A stretch of 63,819 bases of DNA, filler included. It is 5 parts of 5 records of this genome, joined end to end, with 100 filler letters (N's around TTAATTAATTAA, not from the genome) between each part and the next. Parts side by side here need not be neighbours in the genome. Positions count along the whole stretch, not along the records: positions 8,480 to 24,639 come from DRR723986_3144; 4 more parts are not named here. One strand, 5' to 3'. Of this stretch, positions 8,640 through 17,635 are shown piece by piece. Each line of letters begins with the position of its first letter. Position 1 is the first letter of the stretch. Both the position numbers and the translations under genes were made by a program. The notes beneath the pieces are model-generated. The model did no database searches. It was not told the DNA's origin and worked only from the letters and a program-made list of their open reading frames with translations.

Positions 8640-9335
8640 TTAGATGCGCAAAAACGGCTGGGCCAAACGTGGCATCAACGCCCGGAAGCGCAGTGGCGCA
8701 TCTGTTGCAGCAAGGCAAATGCAATCTGCGCCCTGGGCGGCAATTGGGGTGTGCTCTAATTCTTCGGTGGCGATTTCAATATCGCCCGGTCCAAAGCGCA
8801 GATCGCCATCCATAAAGGCGCCTTGCAAAACCAGGGTCAATTCCAGCCCCCGGTGGCCATGATCGGGCACCGATGCACCGGCCGGAATGTAAAGCAGCCG
8901 CACGCTGGCGCTGCGCGATGTGGGCAGCAGCGCTTGGCGCACCCCCATGCCCACGGGGCGCCAGTTGATCTGTTCCAGATCGCCGCCCACGTATTCTTGT
9001 AATGGCGCGGGCAAGACGCCGCGCGCACGCCGCTGGTGCTGGCCCTGCATCTGCCCCGCTTGCATGGCCGCGCCATTCCCCCGCGCCACGGGCTGGGCCG
9101 CAGAAATCCGCGCCATCGTTGCCTCGAGCGAGCCTTCGTCCATCGCCACGGCTTGGGATGTTTCCAGCATCGCGCCCCCGACCGTATCAAAGGTCGCGGC
9201 ACGCGCGCGGCATTCGTCGCACATTGAAATATGGGTCGCGACAACCAGGCTAAAGGCCTCGGGCAGGGTGCCGGCGGAATAGCCCATCAACAAGGCGTCT
9301 GTCAGGTGGTGTGATATTGTTTGCGTCATCGTCAT
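8640..9335 (-). CDS. chrR: Anti-sigma factor ChrR
   Basis: HH...YSAG.L.EA.SLVVATH...C..C anti-sigma Zn domain; cupin PDHGHRGLELTLVLQGAF. Directly downstream of rpoE. Confidence 0.93.
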   Translation of the reverse strand: MTMTQTISHHLTDALLMGYSAGTLPEAFSLVVATHISMCDECRARAATFDTVGGAMLETSQAVAMDEGSLEATMARISAAQPVARGNGAAMQAGQMQGQHQRRARGVLPAPLQEYVGGDLEQINWRPVGMGVRQALLPTSRSASVRLLYIPAGASVPDHGHRGLELTLVLQGAFMDGDLRFGPGDIEIATEELEHTPIAAQGADCICLAATDAPLRFRALMPRLAQPFLRI

Positions 9336-9336
9336 T

Positions 9337-9993
9337 TCACTTCATAGCGTGGCGCAAACGGTCGAGCGCCAATCTGATTCTTGATTTGATGGTGCCCAGG
9401 GGCAGGCCAGTTTCCTCGGCAATCTCGCTATGCGAAAGATCGCCAAAATACGCCCTCTCTATCAGAATGCGCTGTTTCTCTGGCAGCTTACTTAGGGCAT
9501 CGCCCAGCGCTGCGGCTTCTTCTTGCAGCGCCAATACTTGGTCTTGCGGGGCGGCCTCTTCTGGCCCCCATGGCAGGTCTTCGGGCTCGGCGCGCCGTTC
9601 TTTGCGCAGCGCATCAATTCGCCGGTTCCGGGCAATCGTAAATATCCACGTTGCCACAGAGGCGCGCGTCGGGTCGAACAAATGCGCCTTATGCCAAAGC
9701 GTGGCCATTACCTCTTGGGCGCATTCCTCTGCCAGGCCCGCATCGGCACCTGAACGCATCAGAAAATATTTTACGCGGGGGGCAAAATGGCGAAACAGCT
9801 CGGCAAAGGCGTGCTGGTCCTGCGCATCACGCACCCGGGCCACATAGCTGACCCATTGATCTTGCCCATTCGCCAATTCTTCGTTCACAAATCGCAGTCC
9901 TGCGGCACGCTCATGCTTTCGGTCAGGACTAACACGGGTTAGACCTGCTTGCGAGGGCACATTTGCGTGGGCGATATCCGCGATCTCAAACAT
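9337..9993 (-). CDS. rpoE: ECF sigma factor RpoE (ECF11, singlet-oxygen response); true start may be GTG at 9888
   Basis: AFAELFRHFAPRVKYFLMRSG, WIFTIARNRRID, LSHSEIAEETGLPLGTIKSRIRLAL. Paired with chrR. Confidence 0.93.
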   Translation of the reverse strand: MFEIADIAHANVPSQAGLTRVSPDRKHERAAGLRFVNEELANGQDQWVSYVARVRDAQDQHAFAELFRHFAPRVKYFLMRSGADAGLAEECAQEVMATLWHKAHLFDPTRASVATWIFTIARNRRIDALRKERRAEPEDLPWGPEEAAPQDQVLALQEEAAALGDALSKLPEKQRILIERAYFGDLSHSEIAEETGLPLGTIKSRIRLALDRLRHAMK

Positions 9994-10000
9994 GTCTTTG

Positions 10001-10027
10001 TTACGGCCGGTTTTCGCGATTGGATCA
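10001..10027 (-). promoter_or_regulatory. RpoE (ECF11)-dependent promoter of rpoE-chrR
   Basis: Minus strand TGATCC-N16-CGTAA, matching the Rhodobacter sigmaE -35/-10 pattern. Confidence 0.82.
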
Positions 10028-10045
10028 CTTGTTAAAGTTTTTTCC

Positions 10046-10072
10046 TAATCCAATCGCCCCAACCCCGCGTAG
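10046..10072 (+). promoter_or_regulatory. RpoE-dependent promoter of the divergent FAD-oxidoreductase/DUF1365 operon
   Basis: TAATCC-N16-CGTAG, with one mismatch in the -35. Confidence 0.72.
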
Positions 10073-10112
10073 TGTAAGTGAAATAAGACCCAACAAACGG
10101 AGCGCCTAGCCC

Positions 10113-11414
10113 ATGCCATTCGAAGCCGTGCCCAAGCCCCTGAAAAAAATTGCTGTTATCGGGGCTGGCATTTCCGGCATGGGCGCGGCCCATATGCTGG
10201 CGCAAACCCACCATGTCACCCTGATCGAGGCCGAACACCGGCTGGGCGGGCATGCCCGCACAATCATGGCCGGCAAACGCGGCGACCAGCCTGTGGATAC
10301 CGGGTTTATCGTGTTTAACTACGCCAATTACCCGCATCTGGCCGCCCTGTTTGCCCAGCTGGATGTGCCGGTGGTGAAATCAAACATGTCTTTTGCCGCC
10401 TCGTTGAACGGCGGCGGCATGGAATATGCGTTGAACAGCCTTGATACCCTGTTTGCCCAGCGCAAAAACCTGCTGAACCCGCGCTATCTGCGGATGATCC
10501 GCGATATCTTGCATTTTAATAAAAATGCGCTGCGCCTGTCACAGACTGATCCTGAAATGACAATCGCAGGGCTGTTGCAGCGCTTGGGCACAGGCAGCTA
10601 TTTCCGCGATTATTACCTTTTGCCGTTTTCCGGCGCCATCTGGTCTACCCCGACCGAGCAGATCATGGCATTTCCAGCCTATGCGATGATGAAGTTTTTC
10701 GACAACCACGCCTTGCTTAACCATACCGGCCAGCATCAGTGGTATACGGTGCAGGGCGGCTCGCGATCTTATGTCACCCGTCTCGAGGCCGCCATGCGGG
10801 CGCGCGGGGTTGATATTCGGCTGGGGGCACCGGTGCAGGCGGTGCGCCGCCACCCCGCCGGGGCCGAGGTAAAGCTGCAGGGCGCGGAATGGGAAGATTT
10901 CGACGAGGTGGTTTTTGCCACCCATTCCGACGACAGCCTGCGCATGCTGGCCGACCCCACCGCCGAGGAAAGCGCAGCCCTGGGCGCGATTGCCTATCAA
11001 CCCAACGATATTGTGCTGCATGCAGACCCCACCATCATGCCCAAACGGCGCAAGGTATGGGCCAGCTGGAACTACACCGAACAGGCCGACAAATCGCTAG
11101 ATCGCATCGATCTGACCTATTGGATGAACAGCCTGCAGCCCATCCCGCATGACGACCCGCATTTTGTAACCCTCAACAGCACGCGCCCCATCAACGAGGC
11201 GCTGATCTACGACCAGGTCACCCTGCGCCACCCGGTTTACGATGTGGCAGCGCTGGCCGCACAAAAACAGGTGCAGGGCTTTAACGGGCGCAACAGAACA
11301 TGGTTTTGCGGGGCATGGATGAAAAACGGCTTCCACGAAGACGGGCTGGGCAGTGCCGTAGATGTGGCCGAACGCCTAAACGCCATGGGTAATCCGCAGG
11401 CCGTCGCGGCATGA
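10113..11414 (+). CDS. FAD-dependent oxidoreductase, RSP1091/UfaD-like (furan fatty acid pathway desaturase)
   Basis: GAGISG Rossmann motif, RLGGHART, VDTGFIVFN..NYP, GAW..NGFHEDG. Divergent from rpoE. Confidence 0.85.
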   Translation: MPFEAVPKPLKKIAVIGAGISGMGAAHMLAQTHHVTLIEAEHRLGGHARTIMAGKRGDQPVDTGFIVFNYANYPHLAALFAQLDVPVVKSNMSFAASLNGGGMEYALNSLDTLFAQRKNLLNPRYLRMIRDILHFNKNALRLSQTDPEMTIAGLLQRLGTGSYFRDYYLLPFSGAIWSTPTEQIMAFPAYAMMKFFDNHALLNHTGQHQWYTVQGGSRSYVTRLEAAMRARGVDIRLGAPVQAVRRHPAGAEVKLQGAEWEDFDEVVFATHSDDSLRMLADPTAEESAALGAIAYQPNDIVLHADPTIMPKRRKVWASWNYTEQADKSLDRIDLTYWMNSLQPIPHDDPHFVTLNSTRPINEALIYDQVTLRHPVYDVAALAAQKQVQGFNGRNRTWFCGAWMKNGFHEDGLGSAVDVAERLNAMGNPQAVAA

Positions 11415-12166
11415 GCCGTGTTGAACACATCAGCGGCCACACATGGCATGGGCGCAAGGGCGCGCTGGAAAATGCCTTTCGCTACGGGGTGGATTACATC
11501 CTGATCAACCCCGAAGAGCAGCCCAAATTGCCATGGCTGATGTCGCGCAACCGCTTTAACCTGACGGCGTTTTTCGATGCCGACAATGGCGGCGCCCCGC
11601 AACAGGGCCAAGGCGCCAAATGGGTGCGCCAGGCGCTGGCCGCCAATGGCCTGCCCAGCCCCGCACAGGTACTGCTGCTGTCCCAGCCCCGGGTGCTGGG
11701 CCATGTGTTCAACCCGGTGTCGTTTTGGCTGTGCTACGACGCAGAGGCCGCTTTGCGCGTGGTGATTGCCGAGGTCAACAACACCTATGGCGATCGCCAT
11801 TCTTACCTGGTCTATCGCGACGATCTGGCCCCCATCACCGCCGAAGACCGGCTGCGCGCGCGCAAGATCTTTCACGTCTCGCCCTTTCAGCAGATCGAGG
11901 GCACATATGAATTTCGCTTTGACATCCGCGAAAACCGCATCGGCATCTGGATCGATTTCAGCGGCGGCAATGGCGGGTTAATCGCCACATTGGTAGGCCG
12001 CAGGCGCCCCGCCAGCAGCGCCAGCATCTTGGGCGCCACATTGCGCCGGCCCTTTGGCTCGCGCCGGGTGCTGGCCCTGATCCATTGGCAGGCTCTGAAA
12101 CTGTGGTGGAAAGGGGCCAGTTTCCGCACCCGCCCCGAGCCCCCCACCACCGAGATTTCCAGATGA
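11411..12166 (+). CDS. DUF1365 protein, RSP1090/UfaO-like
   Basis: FNPVSFW, AEVNNTYGDRHSY, KIFHVSPF, IHWQALKLWWKG. ATGA coupling to the upstream gene. Confidence 0.87.
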   Translation: MSRVEHISGHTWHGRKGALENAFRYGVDYILINPEEQPKLPWLMSRNRFNLTAFFDADNGGAPQQGQGAKWVRQALAANGLPSPAQVLLLSQPRVLGHVFNPVSFWLCYDAEAALRVVIAEVNNTYGDRHSYLVYRDDLAPITAEDRLRARKIFHVSPFQQIEGTYEFRFDIRENRIGIWIDFSGGNGGLIATLVGRRRPASSASILGATLRRPFGSRRVLALIHWQALKLWWKGASFRTRPEPPTTEISR

Positions 12167-13377
12167 GCGCCCAGCGCCCAAGCCTTGCCGGTTACGGGCT
12201 ATTTGCCGCCACTTTGGCCGCGGCAGGACTGCCAATTTATATTCACGCGCCAAAGGTTTACGTAGACGAATATGGCGTGTCACTGGCCTCTTTGGGCCTG
12301 GTGCTGGCGGGGCTGCGGCTGCTGGATGTGGTGCAAGACCCGCTGCTGGGGCGGCTGGCGGGGCGGCTGCAGGGGCAGCGGGGGCTGGCGGTGGCGCTGG
12401 CGGTGGCGGTCATGGCTGCGGCCATGCTGGGGCTCTTTGCCATTGCGCCCCCCATCGCCCCGCTTGTTTGGTTTGCGCTGATGCTGGCGGGCGTGTTTTC
12501 CGCCTTTTCGTTTCTGACCATCTGCTTTTACGCCCAGGGCGTGGCCTGCGCGCCGCAATTGGGGCCACAGGGCTTTTTGCAACTGGCACGCTGGCGCGAA
12601 ACCGGGGCGCTGTTGGGTATTTGCCTGGCCGCTGTGGCGCCTTTGGCGCTGGGTGGTTTTGGCGCCTTTGCCATATGTTTTGCCCTGGCCTGCGCGGGCG
12701 CGGCATGGGCCATGCGGCGCGAATGGCGCCCTATTGCCCTGCCAGATCTGGGGTTTGGCGTGGTTTTGGCCGATCCGGTCGCGCGCCGGCTGCTGCTGGT
12801 GGCTTTGGTCAATGCCGCCCCCGTTGCGATCAGCTCGACCTTGTTTTTGTTCTTTGTCGAAAGCCGCCTAGACGCCCCCGGCGCCGAGGGCCCATTGCTG
12901 TTGCTGTTCTTTCTTGCCGCCGCAGCCAGTGCGCCGATCTGGGCTAAACTGGCCACGCGCCATGGCCCGCGCACCGTTTTGCTATGGGGCATGGTTCTGG
13001 CGATTGCGGCCTTTAGCGGCGCGGTGTTTTTGGGCGCAGGCGATGTGGCGGCTTTTGCGCTGATCTGTCTGGCATCAGGCGTGGCCCTGGGCGCCGACAT
13101 GACCTTGCTGCCCGCGCTATTTGCCCATCGCATGGAAAAAGTGGCGCCTGCCGCCGCCGGCGCCTTTGGGCTGTGGTCGTTTGTATCCAAGTTCACATTG
13201 GCCTTTGCGGCATTGCTGCTGCTGCCCACATTGCAAAGCGTGGGCTTTGTTCCGGGTGCTGCCAATAACACAGAGGCGTTATTCGTCCTTTCCTTAGCCT
13301 ATGGCGCCCTACCTTGTGTGTTAAAGCTGATCGCCATTGCGCTTGTTGCAACCCTAAAAACAGACGAGATCGAATAA
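12163..13377 (+). CDS. MFS transporter (GPH/MelB-like, RSP1089-like)
   Basis: RLLDVVQDPLLG motif; about 11-12 hydrophobic segments; ATGA overlap at 12163. Confidence 0.8.
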   Translation: MSAQRPSLAGYGLFAATLAAAGLPIYIHAPKVYVDEYGVSLASLGLVLAGLRLLDVVQDPLLGRLAGRLQGQRGLAVALAVAVMAAAMLGLFAIAPPIAPLVWFALMLAGVFSAFSFLTICFYAQGVACAPQLGPQGFLQLARWRETGALLGICLAAVAPLALGGFGAFAICFALACAGAAWAMRREWRPIALPDLGFGVVLADPVARRLLLVALVNAAPVAISSTLFLFFVESRLDAPGAEGPLLLLFFLAAAASAPIWAKLATRHGPRTVLLWGMVLAIAAFSGAVFLGAGDVAAFALICLASGVALGADMTLLPALFAHRMEKVAPAAAGAFGLWSFVSKFTLAFAALLLLPTLQSVGFVPGAANNTEALFVLSLAYGALPCVLKLIAIALVATLKTDEIE

Positions 13378-13940
13378 TGCCTGCCCCGTGGTTTCTTTTT
13401 TTCCTAGGTTTTGCCCTTGCTCTGGCCTTGGTTTGGGTGCGCATGCGGTTTTTTAGCTTTCCCGCCCAAACCCCAAATGATTACGCCACTGGCCCCCAAT
13501 TCGATCTGCGCACCCATCTTAATGGGCCCATGCGCTGCGATGGTGCAATCTATGGGCCCACCGGGCGGGTAGTATCGCGGTTTTCTGCAGACATGACCCC
13601 ACGCTGGCAGGGCAATCAAGGCGTGATGCCCGAGGTGTTTCGCTATGACAGCGGCACGGTGCAACACCGCGAATGGCGGCTGAACGTCGATGATACGGGC
13701 CGCATCACCGCCACAGCCGAAGATCTGGTGGGCCAGGGCACGGGCCAGCAGCTGGGCTCGGCCGTGGTGATGCGCTACCGTATCCGCCTGACAGCCGATG
13801 CCGGCGGCCATCAGCTAAGCGTGACAGACTGGATGTATCTGGCGCCCGATGGGGCCATCGTAAACCGCAGCCAGTTTCGCAAGTTTGGCATCAAAGTGGC
13901 CGAACTGGTGGCCGTGATTACCCCAAAGGACATGCCATGA
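13377..13940 (+). CDS. DUF3833 family protein (RSP1088-like)
   Basis: REW, DWMY and VNRSQFRKFGIKVAEL motifs; N-terminal TM helix; TAATG coupling. Confidence 0.78.
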   Translation: MPAPWFLFFLGFALALALVWVRMRFFSFPAQTPNDYATGPQFDLRTHLNGPMRCDGAIYGPTGRVVSRFSADMTPRWQGNQGVMPEVFRYDSGTVQHREWRLNVDDTGRITATAEDLVGQGTGQQLGSAVVMRYRIRLTADAGGHQLSVTDWMYLAPDGAIVNRSQFRKFGIKVAELVAVITPKDMP

Positions 13941-14680
13941 CGGGGTTTGCCGGCAAACGCTATTGGCTGGTTGGCGCCTCCGAGGGGCTGGGCGCGGCGC
14001 TTGCCCGGCAAATGGCCGATGAGGGGGCGCAGCTGATCTTGTCGGCGCGCAATGCCACACGGCTGGAAACCCTGGCCGCAAGCCTGCCCCAGCCCGCCAC
14101 CGTTTTGCCGATGGATGTGCAAAGCAACGACAGCGTGGCCCAAGCCGTGGCGCAACTGGGCCAGATCGATGGTATCGTTTGGCTGGCAGGTGTCTATTGG
14201 CCGATGCCCGCGCAAAAATGGGCCGCGGCCGATGGCGTGGCTATGGCAGATGTCAACTTTACCGGCGCGATGCGCGTTTTGGGCCATGTGATGCCCCAGT
14301 TGCAGGCCCAAGGCCACGGGCATGTGGTGCTGACCGGCTCGCTTTCCGGCTTTCGTGGCCTGCCCGGCGCCATTGGTTATGGCGCGTCAAAAGCGGCAAT
14401 CATGTCTTTGGCCGAAAGCATGTATGCCGATTTGCGCCACACTGGCATTCGCGTGCAGCTGGCCAACCCCGGCTTTATCCGCACCCGCCTGACCGATAAA
14501 AACACCTTTTCCATGCCTTTCCTGATGACGCCCGAACAGGCCGCGGGCCATATGATGGCCCTGATGCGCCGCCCGCATCGGTTTAAGGCAAATTTCCCGA
14601 TGCTGTTTTCCTGGGTTTTCCGCCTGTCGCAGTTTTTGCCCGACGCGATTTATTACCGGCTGTTTGCTGCAGATCAATGA
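13937..14680 (+). CDS. Short-chain dehydrogenase/reductase (RSP1087-like)
   Basis: GASEGLG, YGASK catalytic motif, NPGFIRT. Confidence 0.9.
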   Translation: MTGFAGKRYWLVGASEGLGAALARQMADEGAQLILSARNATRLETLAASLPQPATVLPMDVQSNDSVAQAVAQLGQIDGIVWLAGVYWPMPAQKWAAADGVAMADVNFTGAMRVLGHVMPQLQAQGHGHVVLTGSLSGFRGLPGAIGYGASKAAIMSLAESMYADLRHTGIRVQLANPGFIRTRLTDKNTFSMPFLMTPEQAAGHMMALMRRPHRFKANFPMLFSWVFRLSQFLPDAIYYRLFAADQ

Positions 14681-14738
14681 CGCCGCCCGATTGGCCGGGC
14701 AGGTTGGGGGCGCACCCTACCACCTGACCGAGGCCGAA

Positions 14739-15065
14739 ATGCTAGATATCGCCCTTCGCAAAATCGCCAATATCATTCTGATGGCGCATGAATTAGATCG
14801 CGCCCAAGCCGAGCTGCGCAGCTTCATCGATGCCCTGGCAGAAGACGAGCAGGCATCGCTGGTGGCGCTGATGTGGGTGGGGCGTGGCAGTTTCGAGCCC
14901 GAAGATATGGCCGAGGCCAAACGCACCGCCATGGCCGAGGCCACAACCCCCACAGCCGATTATCTGCTGGGCACGCCCCATCTGGCCGACCATTTGGAAA
15001 ACGGGCTAGAGGCGCTGGGCCTGTCTGCCACCCAGGCACAAGATGATTTGATGGCGGGGCGCTAA
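14739..15065 (+). CDS. DUF3775 domain protein
   Basis: EQASLVALMWVGRG and YLLGTPHLADHLENGLEALG motifs; start at ATG 14739 after GAGG. Confidence 0.75.
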   Translation: MLDIALRKIANIILMAHELDRAQAELRSFIDALAEDEQASLVALMWVGRGSFEPEDMAEAKRTAMAEATTPTADYLLGTPHLADHLENGLEALGLSATQAQDDLMAGR

Positions 15066-15089
15066 CCCCGCCCGCAAACCCCGGGCCAT

Positions 15090-15120
15090 ATCAGGCCAAG
15101 ATCAGGCCAAGATCAGGCCA
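15090..15120. repeat. 11-bp tandem repeat (ATCAGGCCAAG, about 2.8 copies) spanning the saccharopine dehydrogenase stop
   Basis: atcaggccaag atcaggccaag atcaggcca read directly. Confidence 0.85.
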
Positions 15121-16264
15121 GTGTAACAACCTCTAGGTGCTGGGCCAGCTTGCCAATCTCGCCCATCCATTCCTGCACCAGATCCGGGGCCGAGGGCGCC
15201 GCGCTGACGCCCGCGCCAATGCGCCCGGCCAACACCGCCTCGATGGCCAGCGACACCGGCACAGACACCAGCCGCGCCATGGCGGTGCCATCGCTATCGC
15301 CCCAGGCATCCATGACATAGCATTTATGCCACAGGTCTTGGCCCGCGCGCTGCGCTTGCAAGGCCACCACCAACACCACGCGATCTGGCTCGCCCGGGTC
15401 ATAGGCATTGTCGCGCCAGAACCCGTCTGACATCTCTTTCAGCCGCGCGTCGCCCTCGGGGCCCTGCAGCGTTTCGATCTCGGCAAACACTTCTTTCCAC
15501 GCCTCGGCCCAACCATTCAGGCGCAGCGTGCCGCGCACGAAATCTTTCACCTTCCAGCTGGGGTCAAAGTGATATTGCTGAATAAAGGGCAGCGAGTCGC
15601 GGTTGGGATATACCTCGAAATCTTCGGGCGTGGGCAAGGGCGCTGTGTAGGTAGAGATGGCGTTCCATGGCCGGTCTACATTCAGCTCGGCAAAATCGCG
15701 CAGCGACCGCGAGGGCGAGCGCAGCGCCTTTAGCACGCCCAGGGGCGACCAGCTGAATTTATAGCGAAACGGGTTGGCAATTTTCGGCACGCCCCCGCAA
15801 TAGGAAATGAACGACAGCTCGGCGCCCGCCGTGTCGCCTGCCTGATCACCCGCCCAAGCGCGATAGTCCTCTACCAGGTGATGGGCCATCAGGTGATCGA
15901 TACCCGGGTCCAGCCCCACCTCGTTGACAAAGCACAGCCCACGATCGCGCGCGGCCTGATCCAGCGCCCGCATTTCCGGCGCGATGTACGAGCTGGAAAC
16001 AAAATGCGCCCCCTTTTCAAGGCACAAGCTGGCCAAAGGCACATGCCAATCGCCCGGCAGCATCGATACCACCACATCGCCCGCCTGCAGCTGCGCGCCC
16101 AATGCGCCCATGTCAAAGGCGTGAATATCCTGGGTCAGATCGCCCACCGCCTGCGCGGCTTTGTCCACGGTGCGGTTCCACACCGTCACGGGATGGCCCG
16201 CCTTGATCAACCGCCGCACCCCCGGCACCGCCGATAGCCCCGTGCCACACCAATGAATTGTCAT
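15113..16264 (-). CDS. Saccharopine dehydrogenase (glutamate-forming; Lys9/SDH-like)
   Basis: VVSMLP...H, NEVGLDPGIDHL, SYCGG, NPFRYKFSWSP.GVL, YPNRDS, RGTLR, AMARLV motifs. Confidence 0.88.
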   Translation of the reverse strand: MTIHWCGTGLSAVPGVRRLIKAGHPVTVWNRTVDKAAQAVGDLTQDIHAFDMGALGAQLQAGDVVVSMLPGDWHVPLASLCLEKGAHFVSSSYIAPEMRALDQAARDRGLCFVNEVGLDPGIDHLMAHHLVEDYRAWAGDQAGDTAGAELSFISYCGGVPKIANPFRYKFSWSPLGVLKALRSPSRSLRDFAELNVDRPWNAISTYTAPLPTPEDFEVYPNRDSLPFIQQYHFDPSWKVKDFVRGTLRLNGWAEAWKEVFAEIETLQGPEGDARLKEMSDGFWRDNAYDPGEPDRVVLVVALQAQRAGQDLWHKCYVMDAWGDSDGTAMARLVSVPVSLAIEAVLAGRIGAGVSAAPSAPDLVQEWMGEIGKLAQHLEVVTLA

Positions 16265-16280
16265 GAAAACCCCCTCGCCC

Positions 16281-16547
16281 TTATCCGAATTTCAATTTCG
16301 CCGCGACAATAGCCGAAACCAAGGCCACCGCCACGACATTTGCCAAAATCAGCGGCCAATCCCAGATCAACAGCCCATACACCAGCCACAAGCTGACCGT
16401 GGCCAAAAACAACAGGTTTGCCCACAAAGACAACGCCCGCGTTTCGCCTGTTTGCCATACTTTTATCGCCTGAGGCACCCAGCAAACCGTGCCCAGCAGC
16501 GCCGCAAGATACCCAATAAAAGGCGCGATATCAAAGCTGTGCGGCAT
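16281..16547 (-). CDS. SemiSWEET / PQ-loop small transporter
   Basis: 88 aa with 3 TM helices; WVPQ (PQ motif), WLVYG, PLILAN. Overlaps the upstream gene stop by 17 nt. Confidence 0.85.
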   Translation of the reverse strand: MPHSFDIAPFIGYLAALLGTVCWVPQAIKVWQTGETRALSLWANLLFLATVSLWLVYGLLIWDWPLILANVVAVALVSAIVAAKLKFG

Positions 16548-17586
16548 GGCTGTCAAAAATGCCCTTGGCCCGGCCCCATACGCCCGCCTCCAGCGCGCCC
16601 AGCGTCAGCAACGAGGGCAACAATTGCGCGGCATAGTCTTCGCTGCTTTCGATCGGCAGCATCGATGGCAGGTTATCTATGGCCGTAACATCCAGCACCG
16701 GTGCATCGCACACCCGCAAGGCGGGCGCAGCCCAGGTGGTGGTGCGATCATACACCTTGATGGGCGAGAAATCCGAGGTGGGATCGCAGGCGATATCGCC
16801 AATCACCCGCAAGGCCCTGGGCGCCTGCAGCGCGCTTTGGGGCACAAACACCGGGCAGCCGGGTTGCGCCAGAATGCAGTTTAAAAAGATCTCATGCGCC
16901 AGCACCTCGGGAAAGGGCCCGCCGCTGGCGGTTTCGGCCATATCCCAGCGGGTGACGGCCACGCCCAGCGCCTCGCATAAATCGCTGGCGCCCGTGCCCA
17001 CGCGGCCCAGCGCACCAATCACAATGGCGCGCGGCACAGGCGCTGAGCAGGCGGCCAAGTCTGCCTGCAGCCCCGCCACCAGCGCATCACGCCCGCCATA
17101 AACGCCCACCGGCCCGCAAATGCCACCCTGCTGCTGGGCCGCCCAGCATTTCAGCGCCACAGCCGCGCCCGCAAACCCCGCCCAATAGCCAAAGGCCGCC
17201 ACCCGGCGCCCGCTATCATCAAGCAGATATTCCAAATCATACAGCGTGCCGCCCCCCGCCTTGAAGCGGCGCAACAGCGTTTGGCCTGCGGGCTGGCCTT
17301 TGTAGGCATGGCCAAACATAATATGGCGGTGCACCAGCGGCGTGCCATCTTCGGGCAGCTCTTTGAGGCCAAAGATAATGGCATCGCGCGGCGCCTCGGG
17401 CCAGCTGTTTTCGGGCGCCAGGCTGGCCCCGGCGGCCCTGTAGCCATCGATGCCAATGGCGCGCACGCTGGTGTGTTCGACAGTCACCTCGATACCGGCA
17501 TCAACCAGCGCCGCCACGCCCGCAGGCGTCAGGCCCACGCGCTGTTCGTTTTCGCGCTGCTCGGCGCGCACCCATAGATGAGTCAT
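16531..17586 (-). CDS. Saccharopine dehydrogenase (lysine-forming) / lysine-ketoglutarate reductase, Lys1-like
   Basis: HLWVRAE, GLKELP, HIMFGHAYKGQ, LYDLEYL, GRRVAAFG..AG, IGALGRVG.GA, IDNLPSMLP.ESS. Start at ATG 17586. Confidence 0.88.
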   Translation of the reverse strand: MTHLWVRAEQRENEQRVGLTPAGVAALVDAGIEVTVEHTSVRAIGIDGYRAAGASLAPENSWPEAPRDAIIFGLKELPEDGTPLVHRHIMFGHAYKGQPAGQTLLRRFKAGGGTLYDLEYLLDDSGRRVAAFGYWAGFAGAAVALKCWAAQQQGGICGPVGVYGGRDALVAGLQADLAACSAPVPRAIVIGALGRVGTGASDLCEALGVAVTRWDMAETASGGPFPEVLAHEIFLNCILAQPGCPVFVPQSALQAPRALRVIGDIACDPTSDFSPIKVYDRTTTWAAPALRVCDAPVLDVTAIDNLPSMLPIESSEDYAAQLLPSLLTLGALEAGVWGRAKGIFDSHAAQL

Positions 17587-17635
17587 GTCAGATCCCCAAT
17601 CGATTGGGCGCACAGTAGCGCCGGTTTTTGGCCTG

